Below are positions 48,881-58,267 of a DNA stretch of 64,000 nucleotides, piece by piece. Below the pieces are notes generated by a model. The model did no database searches. It worked only from the letters and a program-made list of their open reading frames with translations, and was not told the DNA's origin. The stretch covers positions 94,263 through 158,262 of the IMG/VR virus record IMGVR_UViG_3300014208_000003. One strand, written 5' to 3'. This stretch comes from a virus. Position 1 is the first letter of the stretch, and each line of letters begins with the position of its first letter. A program made the translations under genes and the position numbers.

Positions 48881-48971
48881 CTAAATATTGTTGGTAGGAC
48901 AGTTTGATTTTACCCGTCAAATTGGTTGAACTGATTTATTCAACCTAACTACCACTTTTAATTGTATTTAG
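48881..48971 (-). promoter_or_regulatory. Three-way-junction element with inverted CTAAATA boxes (copy C)
   Basis: GGTAG-TTA-GGTTGAA/TTCAACC-AA-TTTGA/TCAAA-CTGTC-CTACC. Confidence 0.75.
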
Positions 48972-49241
48972 TACGCAATTTTCCTATGTTGACAAAAAAC
49001 TTTTATTCATTCTTTCTATCTTTTTTAAAATCAAAACCTTATAAATGTAAAATAATTTCAAAAAGTTGTTCAAAACCTTATTTTTCAACATAACTACATA
49101 AAATCTCATTATCCTTATTTGTCTCTCCTCCAAAATAATTACAATAAACACTACAAGAAGCACCACCTACAAAATGTTCCGGAAGAAATGGACAAGGAGT
49201 AACACTAACCATTCCTTCTGTTTTAAATTTTATTTTTTTCA

Positions 49242-49511
49242 TTATTTCTCCTGTGCTATAAAACGTTTCAAATCAATTTCGAAAAAAGGATTATCAATAT
49301 AGTTCCGGAATGCTTCTTGAATGTGTATAGGAAGTTTGTCGTAGGCTTGTGATAGATTTAATATAGTGTAGTCCAAAGAGACATTAGAATTTTCATGACG
49401 CAACACATAGGAAATATTATTATGTCTATGAAGTTCAATAAAAACAAGATCCGAAAATCTTCTATCAAACCATCCAAAAGTTACATCAATTTCTTTATTC
49501 AAATCAATCAT
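49242..49511 (-). CDS. PFFEIDL-tag family
   Basis: LPIHIQEAFRNYIDNPFFEIDLKRF. Confidence 0.8.
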   Translation of the reverse strand: MIDLNKEIDVTFGWFDRRFSDLVFIELHRHNNISYVLRHENSNVSLDYTILNLSQAYDKLPIHIQEAFRNYIDNPFFEIDLKRFIAQEK

Positions 49512-49613
49512 TCAAACAATATAACCAAAATTTTCCGGAATGGCTTTAAAATAGATTATCTCCACTAATTTCAAAAAAGTGGAGATAGTTAATAGCAGAA
49601 AGAGGGTTATTTT

Positions 49614-49685
49614 TTAATGACATGCGGGCGAACAATGACCACGACCCGTATTTTTCAAGAGCATTCTACAAATTTTCGTCAGCAT
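49614..49685 (-). CDS. 23-aa Cys/His peptide MLTKICRMLLKNTGRGHCSPACH
   Basis: Start overlaps the radical SAM stop (ATGCTGA); followed by a hairpin at ~49558-49587. Confidence 0.45.
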   Translation of the reverse strand: MLTKICRMLLKNTGRGHCSPACH

Positions 49686-50527
49686 TTCTTAGACTCCCAT
49701 TTTGAGGTTATTGTTCCATCTTCATAAATTACACCAAAAGTATTCAAAGGCTTTTTCCGGAAGAACTTTTTGATAATGATTTTGAATAGGTCTTTGAACG
49801 ATGCTTTTAGAGAAGGTTCTACAGCAAAGCAGGATCTCTTCAATAATATTTTCATTCCATTATAATCAGGAACATATTCTGAACAACCATGATAATAAGG
49901 TGACTTGAATTTTTTACCCATTATCTTTTCAAACGAGACATATAATTCAGAACTATTTTGTAACTCGTTTATTTTAATATGTTTACAGCCAATCTCTTTT
50001 AAATCATCCAGTGCAAACAATAATTTATGCTTAGAATCAATTCCACCTTTTAGCAGATTAATACTTGTTCTAATTTTATCTGCGTGTTTTTCGTTCAGAG
50101 ATTTTAAAATAGATAGTCTGGAATGTTTTGAAGTAGCATTTAATAGATCGTTATTATCTTCATCATTAGTAGCTTGCAGTGAAACATTCAAACCATCTAT
50201 TAAATAAAGGATTGAAGCACATGTTTTGGAATTATCAAAGAAATTTTTCGGAAGACTGGTTGTGATAAATATTGTTTTTACTTTTTCGCGGATGCCTTCA
50301 ACATATTCCAATAATCTTTCTGGGTGATAAAATGGTTCTCCTCCTAATATAAGAACATCCCGAATACCTGATTGGAGAGTGGTTTGAATAAGGTTCGGAA
50401 CATTTGGGAGTCCTTTTGTAGGTATACCGTTCTTCTCAATACAAAACGGGCAATTATTATCACATAGCTTAGTAAATCGGATATCCAGAGAAGAATATAT
50501 ACCATCACATGAATTTTTGTAGATCAT
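49679..50527 (-). CDS. Radical SAM enzyme
   Basis: CDNNCPFC, ILGGEP. Confidence 0.88.
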   Translation of the reverse strand: MIYKNSCDGIYSSLDIRFTKLCDNNCPFCIEKNGIPTKGLPNVPNLIQTTLQSGIRDVLILGGEPFYHPERLLEYVEGIREKVKTIFITTSLPKNFFDNSKTCASILYLIDGLNVSLQATNDEDNNDLLNATSKHSRLSILKSLNEKHADKIRTSINLLKGGIDSKHKLLFALDDLKEIGCKHIKINELQNSSELYVSFEKIMGKKFKSPYYHGCSEYVPDYNGMKILLKRSCFAVEPSLKASFKDLFKIIIKKFFRKKPLNTFGVIYEDGTITSKWESKKC

Positions 50528-50790
50528 AGTGTTGACAGAGTTATTGGTTTATTACACTCGATACAGAAAATAGTATCTTTGTTTATATGGTAATGAATAA
50601 TGTGTTGGCAGCTTTGTTCACGAGCTTCTCTTTGTATTTGATCTTGCTGCAATAAATACGCGAGACGATCCTTCTTGTATGTTTCTAAATTATCGTATTT
50701 ATTAGGATCTGGTTTTTCTAATAATATTTTTTCTGACATTTTGATATCCTCTTTTCTTGTTTATATTAAATTTTTATATGTTGTTTTTTT

Positions 50791-51141
50791 TTACCATTTA
50801 TCGGTTCTATATTTTCTAAAGTCAAATCTGGAATCATCTTCATATTCATATTTTGGTATGTTAAGAAGTTCCGCTATTTTATTTTGGTGTTCCGCGTGAT
50901 TCTTACCTCTACAACACTCACAACCTTCAGAATATATGTAATTTGCAACAGCTTCTCGGATTTTCTTTTTGAATGTTCGTAAGTTTTCCTTTGGTTTTCC
51001 TGTATATCCGTTTCCCTTACAAGTATGACATTTAATTTTTCCGAAAGTGTATGTACCATTTTTTGAAGAATTATTTCGAAGCACTCTGGAACCTTCACAA
51101 TTCCAACATAATTTTGGTTTTTTATTTACTTTTTTGGTCAT
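50791..51141 (-). CDS. Cys-rich hypothetical protein
   Basis: CWNCEG, CHTCKGNG, SEGCECC. Confidence 0.55.
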   Translation of the reverse strand: MTKKVNKKPKLCWNCEGSRVLRNNSSKNGTYTFGKIKCHTCKGNGYTGKPKENLRTFKKKIREAVANYIYSEGCECCRGKNHAEHQNKIAELLNIPKYEYEDDSRFDFRKYRTDKW

Positions 51142-51559
51142 TTTTATTTCTCTGTTTTGTTACAATATAAGGGTTTAGTAATTTGAACATTTTAAAGGCT
51201 TCTTTTTCGTGTTTCGGAGTGATTTTTAATATTCTTTTTCCGGATTGGTTTGGATATAATTGTGTTTCGGAAATATTTGTTAAGAACCATTCTGCCTTAC
51301 CTCTTTGAATAGTCACTACAGTAGTTTTTCTTGGATATTTGTACGTATTTGCCACAGGTATTCCGGAACCATATACAAAAGATATTCCGGAAGTTTTTGA
51401 GTAAGGGATATACAAAGCTTTTATTTTATGATGCGTCACGGAAACAACATTTACAATCTCTTCAAAAGTTGTTAGAGTATGTTCCGTAGCATTTCCGTTA
51501 ATGGCTTTTAATGCCTGTTCGATTTTGTCTTTGTTTTCTATTGAGATTTTAATTTTCAT
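51122..51559 (-). CDS. Hypothetical phage protein
   Basis: Operonic ORF. Confidence 0.55.
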   Translation of the reverse strand: MKIKISIENKDKIEQALKAINGNATEHTLTTFEEIVNVVSVTHHKIKALYIPYSKTSGISFVYGSGIPVANTYKYPRKTTVVTIQRGKAEWFLTNISETQLYPNQSGKRILKITPKHEKEAFKMFKLLNPYIVTKQRNKNDQKSK

Positions 51560-51862
51560 AATGATTCCTTATACGGTACTTTAATGAAATAACCATCGAA
51601 GTTATTTTTCTTTGCTTCTTTATATTTTGTTAACCAGTGGTAATGTGAAGGAAGTACCCATCTATGCGTTCCATTTTTAATTTCATACATCCACCCACAT
51701 TTATCGCTATGAGAAGATTCACAAACAGCATCATGAAATTTTATTACTTTGGTTAAATCAATATCGTTGTTGTCTTTTTTCATACAGATTCCTTTCCACA
51801 CTCCGGACATTTTGTTAAAGACTTTCCTTTTCAAACCTCTTTTCTTGTTTAATGTCCTAGCT

Positions 51863-51890
51863 AAATATAATAGATGAAAGTTTTAAATCC
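51863..51890 (-). promoter_or_regulatory. Second promoter class GGAwTT-N5-TTTCATCTrTTATATTT
   Basis: Repeated at 54216-54243; both copies head minus-strand clusters of small genes. Confidence 0.5.
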
Positions 51891-51920
51891 AAAAGAAAAA
51901 TAAAATAAATTTAAAAGTAG

Positions 51921-52334
51921 GTGTTTATGACTGATATTGAATTTGCTCGTTTAAAGGCTATTGTGGAAAAAGAGCTAATAATTAACGAGGATAATTTGTC
52001 GGATAAGTCTTTGAAAATACCTAACTTACACCAGAAATATTTGGATATATACACTAAGGAAATGCGGATATTAAAAGACCTCTCGCTAAAAAAGACTAAA
52101 AAATATTCCGACTTATATCATAAAAATAAATTTGAAGGTGAATACAAATTAGATTATGCGAAAGAGATTGAAACATATGTAAACGGTGATCCTGATTATT
52201 ATAAAAATTGTCAGGAATTTAATTATCAGGACATTATCGTAAAATTTCTGGAATCAACATTAGAGAATATCCAGAAGATGAATTTCACTATAAAAAATTA
52301 TATTGAATGGAGAAAGTTTTTAGCTGGTGGGTGA
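51921..52334 (+). CDS. uvsY: Recombination mediator UvsY
   Basis: ELIINEDNL..SLKIPNLHQKYL...IKNYIEWRKFLAG. Confidence 0.85.
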   Translation: MFMTDIEFARLKAIVEKELIINEDNLSDKSLKIPNLHQKYLDIYTKEMRILKDLSLKKTKKYSDLYHKNKFEGEYKLDYAKEIETYVNGDPDYYKNCQEFNYQDIIVKFLESTLENIQKMNFTIKNYIEWRKFLAGG

Positions 52335-53360
52335 TTCTACAAAAACGAGAGATGGTATATACTTGGGAGTGATTCGATCCATTCTTCCCATTCCTTTTTC
52401 GTGAACCATTTTTCTGGAACGTTTGGACTAGAATAACGATGAGAACCACACTTACACATATAGTTTTCCGGAGAATCTTTTGAAACCCATCCAACTAATG
52501 ACATAGAAGTATTACAGAATTTGCATTTTAGAATCATAAATTTTTATTATGCGCTCTACAAACCGTACATGTTACCATTGTGCCACGCGGATTTTTACAC
52601 ATGGGACAAAGTTGTATATTTATTGGTTTTTCATTCTCTAGAGAGGTAATTGCTAATAATAACGCTTCTCGTAGCATAGTTAATTTTTCATCCGGCCAGT
52701 TGCTTTTAATAATTGTTATAGCTTCTGTATTCTTCATTTTAGATCTCTTTTTGTTTCTGTTTCGGGTTTTTGTATGGTTTTATGATTTCGCGGGTGTAAT
52801 GGACAGCATAGCATTTCACAAGTGGAACCACAATCGGTACATTTAGTAGATTCTTTAAGAACGGCATCAAGCGAATATAAACCCAACTCAAATCGCTGTA
52901 TTTGTGAGGGTGTTGCAGTTTCAAGTATGTCAATTTGAAGCTGTTTTAAATTAAGATAATCTTCATAGCACATATATTAATTATTTCCCATCATTACACC
53001 AACAACATAACACGCAACGATCATTCCTATCCTATAAATTTTTCACATAAAATGATCACTGTCGAGATTAATAGTAAAACCAGCTAATCCCATCACACAT
53101 GCCGCTAATAGGGTTTCTAATAGTATTTCCATTTTATTCTCCTAAAGGAATATAAGCAACAACCATCCCAATAGGAACACAAGGAATTCCGAACCCTCTG
53201 ATTATTTCTGCTTTATAGGGTGCTTTGAAATCACATATACAAAACCGGACAATATTTACAGGCCATGATATCAAAATCAATAAACCAATAAGTAAAATAA
53301 CTAATTGTGTCGAGTTTCTCATTTTCTTTTCTCCTTTAAATTTTTTTGTTGAAATACCTT

Positions 53361-53681
53361 TTAAACGAACAATACCAGAGAATCATTATCGGCATCATAT
53401 CGCACACCGCATCGAACTAAATATAAAATTTGTTCTTTTGTTAATTGTTCGATCTGTTCTCCGTCTATATCGAGCCATATTTCGTCATGCTCGGCGGAAG
53501 AAACTATATCCATTTTTTGTTTTGATGAAAATAGCTTATCCAGAAAAACAAAAGCGCATAAATCTGGGCGAGAAAAAGGAGGATTATCGATCTTATCAAA
53601 TTCACCGTACTCGTCTTCGAAAGAATCAAAAATCAATTCTATATTTTTATTTTCTGATTCGGTTTCTATTTCGTCTTCCAT
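53361..53681 (-). CDS. Hypothetical acidic protein
   Basis: SRPDLCAF, SAEHDEIW, LVRCGV; AGGAG RBS. Confidence 0.6.
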   Translation of the reverse strand: MEDEIETESENKNIELIFDSFEDEYGEFDKIDNPPFSRPDLCAFVFLDKLFSSKQKMDIVSSAEHDEIWLDIDGEQIEQLTKEQILYLVRCGVRYDADNDSLVLFV

Positions 53682-54215
53682 GTTTCTCCTTTTATTTTCC
53701 TAATGTGTTTGAATCGTATTTTACCCATTTAAGACCCGGCCCGCCATTAATTTCCGATTGTATATATCCTTTATTCATTGCGGTTGTTTTAATTTCTGCA
53801 TCATACTTTTCGGATATAGAGCATCCCTTAAGACAAAGCGTTACCAAACATGCAATTACAAAACATATTGTAAATGCTACTTTTGTTTCAGACGATCCCA
53901 TTTGATGTTCTCCTTTTTAATTTTTTAGACAATTTGTGGTTTTGCGTTTATTTCTTTGTTAAGTTCTTCGATTTTTTCTTCATACTCATTTATTTTTTGT
54001 ATATTTTCTTTTAGTTCTTCGTTTAGTTTTTCAATTATTTCCTCGATCTCATATATTCTTTGCTTGTCTTCTTTTAATTGTTTGGCTAACTGACTAATTT
54101 CTCCAGAACAAAATCCCATCATAAAAACGATAAACAAAACGATTATAGATAAAATTATGATAAAAATTGTCATGGTATACTCTTTCTTTTAATTGTTGGT
54201 GACGCTTAAGGATTA

Positions 54216-54243
54216 AAATATAACAGATGAAACCAGAAATTCC
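54216..54243 (-). promoter_or_regulatory. Second promoter class copy
   Basis: GGAATTTCTGGTTTCATCTGTTATATTT. Confidence 0.5.
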
Positions 54244-54333
54244 TAATAAATAATTATATTCCCGAAATATTTCTGATAATTACTAATTTATCATCTCATT
54301 AGTATTTTCTATATCTCTTTAATTTTCAACGTT

Positions 54334-54340
54334 CTAAATA
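54334..54340 (+). promoter_or_regulatory. Late promoter CTAAATA
   Basis: The same box precedes late genes at ~56437 and ~60117. Confidence 0.6.
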
Positions 54341-54345
54341 CTATT

Positions 54346-55878
54346 ATGATCGAATCTTTGCCTATAAAAATTGTTGATAATGTGTTTTTGGAAATCGAAT
54401 CTACACAAGCACAATCGTATGAACTTTCTGATTACTTTTCATATTTCGTAAAAGGTTATAAGTTCATGCCGAAATACAAATTTGGTCAGTGGGATGGTAA
54501 AGTCAGATTTTTCAATGGTCGTTCAAAGCAGCTTCCGATAGGTTTATTGCCAGAATTATTAAAGTTTTGTGATAGATACCAATACCAGCCCGAATATAAA
54601 TTTGATTTAGACATATTAAAACCGATCCCTTTTCCGGAAGATTGTTATAAAAAGTTTCTGGAAAAAATGCCTTTGAATCAGAAATATCAAATTAGGGATT
54701 ATCAGGAACATGCTTTTAAAAAATTGATTGAACATAGAAGAGGAGTCACACAATTAAATACGGGTCTCGGAAAATCATTAGTAATATATATGCTGACCAA
54801 TTTCATACTACAACAGGGAAAGAATATACTAATAATTGTTCCGAACATTACTTTGGTTACTCAGTTGTATGATGATTTTCGGGATTATGGTTTTGGTGAT
54901 AATGTTTCTAAAGCAGTTACCAGAGTATATTCCGGAAGTAAAGATGAAATGAAACCCGTTGTTATATCTACTTGGCAATCAATGTTCCGGAAAGAGAAAC
55001 CATTTTTTGATAAGTTTTCTGCTATAGTAATTGACGAAACACATACGCTCGTTAATGGTCAGATGAAAGTAAAAACGAAAGATGGTATTAAAACAGTTTC
55101 CGGAGCATCTATTAAACAGATTACGGAAAAATGTTCAAATGCAGTTTTCAGATGGGGATTAACAGGAACTCTTTCGGATGATAAATGTGATATGATGACT
55201 TTACGGGGATATATAGGTGAAGTTGTTATGGAAACCAGATCTTCAGAATATATTGAAAAAGGTATTCTCAGTAAAATGAAGGTGGTAAATTTATTTGCAA
55301 AGTATCCGGAAGAATTATGTAAAACTGTTCGAAAAGCAAAATTACAATATAACGATGAGCTAGATTTTACACTAGAATACTCCGGAAGAAACGATACATT
55401 AGATTTTATATTGAAGTGTGTTAAACCGGATGAGAATGTATTGTTGTTAGTATCAAAAATAGAAAAACAGATAAAACCATTAGAAACATATATTCGGGAA
55501 AAATATCCGGATAAAAAATTGTATATCATTTATGGAAAAACAGAAGGGGAAGAACGTGAAGAAATTCGTAAAACTATTGAAAAAGAAACTGGCTGTATTT
55601 TGCTTGCTTCTTATGGAACGCTTAGTACCGGAGTCAATATTCGGAAACTGCATCACATTATATTCTTCTCTTCCTACAAATCGAAAATCAAAGTCTTGCA
55701 ATCGATAGGAAGAGGACTCAGAACACACGCAGAAAAAACAATGCTGATCGTTTGGGATGTTGTTGATGATATGCGAGTAGGAAAATTCAGGAATCATCTT
55801 TTTAAGCATTGGGAAGAGAGGATTAAATATTACACAGAACAAGGATTCAAAACTATTAACAAGGAAATGAAGATATGA
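54346..55878 (+). CDS. uvsW: SF2 DNA helicase UvsW
   Basis: YKFMPKYKFGQWDG, RDYQ, TGLGKS, IDETH, GLTGT, QSIGRGLR. Confidence 0.93.
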   Translation: MIESLPIKIVDNVFLEIESTQAQSYELSDYFSYFVKGYKFMPKYKFGQWDGKVRFFNGRSKQLPIGLLPELLKFCDRYQYQPEYKFDLDILKPIPFPEDCYKKFLEKMPLNQKYQIRDYQEHAFKKLIEHRRGVTQLNTGLGKSLVIYMLTNFILQQGKNILIIVPNITLVTQLYDDFRDYGFGDNVSKAVTRVYSGSKDEMKPVVISTWQSMFRKEKPFFDKFSAIVIDETHTLVNGQMKVKTKDGIKTVSGASIKQITEKCSNAVFRWGLTGTLSDDKCDMMTLRGYIGEVVMETRSSEYIEKGILSKMKVVNLFAKYPEELCKTVRKAKLQYNDELDFTLEYSGRNDTLDFILKCVKPDENVLLLVSKIEKQIKPLETYIREKYPDKKLYIIYGKTEGEEREEIRKTIEKETGCILLASYGTLSTGVNIRKLHHIIFFSSYKSKIKVLQSIGRGLRTHAEKTMLIVWDVVDDMRVGKFRNHLFKHWEERIKYYTEQGFKTINKEMKI

Positions 55879-56432
55879 ATTTTTTGCAATATTTTTTAGA
55901 AAGCAAGGATAAGGAAAATTGGTTTGAAAAGAGAACTAAAAATCATATTGAACTTGTTAAAAAATATGCCGGAAAAATTAGCGAAGAACTTTTTAAACAA
56001 GCTGAACTCCATGATGCTTCTAAGTTTAATGATCCCGAAAGAACTCCTTATATTGAAATTTCTTGGGACTATAAATGTCAGGCAGATAATATTCCAAACA
56101 TTCTTCCGGAAAATATTAAGGAAACAATGTACGGAGCATCCTATCATCACGTAAAGAATAACAAGCATCATCCGGAATATTGGTCGGAACAAGAGGATGT
56201 CATAAATAAAGTTAATAGAGATGAACCTTTAGAAGAAATAATTGATTCAACAAAAATGCCAGATGAATATATTTTGGAAATGGTTTGTGATTGGTGTGCG
56301 ATGTCCGAAGAAAAGAAAAATTTCCCGAAAGATTGGGCGGATAAAAATGTCGGAATAAGATGGAAATTTACTCCGGAACAAACCAAATTGATATATAAAA
56401 CTATAGATGAGATTTGGGAACCTTCTAAATAA
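55875..56432 (+). CDS. HD-like (DUF5662-type) protein with capsid-targeting-like N-terminus
   Basis: HDASKF, HH..NKHHPEYW, EMVCDW; begins MNFLQYFLES. Confidence 0.65.
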   Translation: MNFLQYFLESKDKENWFEKRTKNHIELVKKYAGKISEELFKQAELHDASKFNDPERTPYIEISWDYKCQADNIPNILPENIKETMYGASYHHVKNNKHHPEYWSEQEDVINKVNRDEPLEEIIDSTKMPDEYILEMVCDWCAMSEEKKNFPKDWADKNVGIRWKFTPEQTKLIYKTIDEIWEPSK

Positions 56433-56474
56433 TTTTCTAAATACTACTGACTAAACTAAATTGGAGATATTATA

Positions 56475-57932
56475 ATGAAGAAATTAATGCTAACAGAACA
56501 GTATATGATGGAACAAAAGGATCTTGCTTCTATGGTTTACGAATATTTGAAAAGTAATCCTAATCCAAAAGATAAAGAACTACACGATTGGACCGAAAAG
56601 GAAAAATTAGATGTTCATGAAGTAGAATCCGAAATATACAAATTAGCAACCAAATTTGTACAGCATGGTAAAGAAGAAATTGGCGAAAGCATTGTTGAAG
56701 AATCTACTCTCTCGAAACAAGTTGTGGATTATTTAGACAAGAGACATTCCGGAGATGCTACAGAAGCTAAAAAAGTAAGAGATGCATTAAAGAAAAAGCT
56801 CGGTAATAACTTTGTGAAAACTCTTCTGAAACACGGTGATCCTGATACTGATGGTTTTGATGTTGTTAGAAAGAAATGGCTAGATGAAGATGTTGGTGTA
56901 CTTTCCGGAACTATTCAGAAAAGTATTCCGGAAGAAGTTGTTGAAGCTTATAAAGCAAAATTGGTTGTTGCTGATATGCCTTCTGTAATAAAAAATATGT
57001 TTCCAAAAAATAAATATACAAGCGCAGAGAAAACAGAATATTACTTGGTAACAGATTCTAATAATAAAGAAATTGGTAGAGTTAGTGTATACGATGCTAA
57101 TAATGAAAAAGAAGCGATAGAATTCATTAAAAATAAAGAATCTGTCAAAGAAGGTGTAGAAGAAGCTTATTCTGATTTGTCTGAACTTGAAAAAGAATAT
57201 GATTCCAAAAGTATAGAAGAATTGGTTAAGCTAAAAAAGAAACTATACTCTAATGTTGATATATCTTCTCCGAAGTCACCCGAAGAAAAAGCACTAGAAA
57301 GAATCATATCAAAAAAATTCAGTGATTTAAATCAAGAAGTTATAAAAAGAAGAAATGCTAAAAAAGAAGCTGTTAAAGAAGGCGTAGAAGCAGATCCGGA
57401 AGATATCGAAACAATGTTAAAAAATATGAAACCTAATACAGATACAGTTTTCGTTCTCCAAAAAACAGTCGGTGGATATAGTGCGGTTAGATATAATAAA
57501 AATCAAGTTGTATTAAATAAAGAACCTATTAAAGAATCTTTCGGAAGCTTTTTGAAACAGAAGGCATTTTTTAAAGAAGATGCTGGTGTAGATGGTTTTC
57601 CTTTTGCAACAGAAGCAGAAGCCCTAAAGGATCCGCAACCACTTCTAGACCCAACCTCTTCAACAGACAGAGAGATACGCGGGAGCACTTCAGATTCATT
57701 CAAAGGCATAGCTATAGCAAAGGGTGTCACTGAAAAAGATGTTAACGCCAAAGAGCTTAAAGACGGCATCAAGATAGAAATGGAACACACTAATGATCCT
57801 ATTGAAGCAAAACAGATAGCATTAGACCATTTAGCAGAAGTCGGGGAATGGAACGAAGATAAAACAAAATTCACTCATAAACCATATTACAAAGAATTAA
57901 AGAAGTTGGAAAAGAAACTGGAGAAAAAGTAA
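56475..57932 (+). CDS. Putative capsid-internal polyprotein (C-terminal DUF5661-like domain)
   Basis: Modules separated by (I/V/L)xE-(S/G/A); GIKIEMEHT..IALDHL.E..YY. Confidence 0.6.
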   Translation: MKKLMLTEQYMMEQKDLASMVYEYLKSNPNPKDKELHDWTEKEKLDVHEVESEIYKLATKFVQHGKEEIGESIVEESTLSKQVVDYLDKRHSGDATEAKKVRDALKKKLGNNFVKTLLKHGDPDTDGFDVVRKKWLDEDVGVLSGTIQKSIPEEVVEAYKAKLVVADMPSVIKNMFPKNKYTSAEKTEYYLVTDSNNKEIGRVSVYDANNEKEAIEFIKNKESVKEGVEEAYSDLSELEKEYDSKSIEELVKLKKKLYSNVDISSPKSPEEKALERIISKKFSDLNQEVIKRRNAKKEAVKEGVEADPEDIETMLKNMKPNTDTVFVLQKTVGGYSAVRYNKNQVVLNKEPIKESFGSFLKQKAFFKEDAGVDGFPFATEAEALKDPQPLLDPTSSTDREIRGSTSDSFKGIAIAKGVTEKDVNAKELKDGIKIEMEHTNDPIEAKQIALDHLAEVGEWNEDKTKFTHKPYYKELKKLEKKLEKK

Positions 57933-58249
57933 TGGACTACCAAAAAATCAGAAAACTATTAAATGAAGATACAACCAATCTCTTCTATTTCTTTAAAGAT
58001 AAAAAAGTAATTGGTGATATTGATATTAAAAAAGTAAATACAGACGATGGACTAAGATTATTGTTCAACCTAAAAATAAAAGCATCTGGTTTGTGGGATG
58101 ATGATTTAGTTCTCGAAGTGGGTAGTTTTGAAGTAGTTTCAGACGGTTCATTAAAAAATCCTACTGGTAGTTTTGATAGTGCGGAAGTAATGGAAAAAAT
58201 GACCAAATTCTTTACGGAAAATGGTTTTGACACAGGTTTTAAGAAATAA
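57932..58249 (+). CDS. Putative virion/internal protein
   Basis: Late operon; N-terminal ..KLLNE. Confidence 0.5.
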   Translation: MDYQKIRKLLNEDTTNLFYFFKDKKVIGDIDIKKVNTDDGLRLLFNLKIKASGLWDDDLVLEVGSFEVVSDGSLKNPTGSFDSAEVMEKMTKFFTENGFDTGFKK

Positions 58250-58267
58250 TTAACAAAAGGAAATATA

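Noticed and set aside
53225-53905. 226-aa plus-strand ORF and other antisense ORFs (e.g. 20597, 23525, 29296, 55059, 59140)
   Set aside because: They are shadows of well-supported genes on the opposite strand, with no RBS or recognisable motifs.
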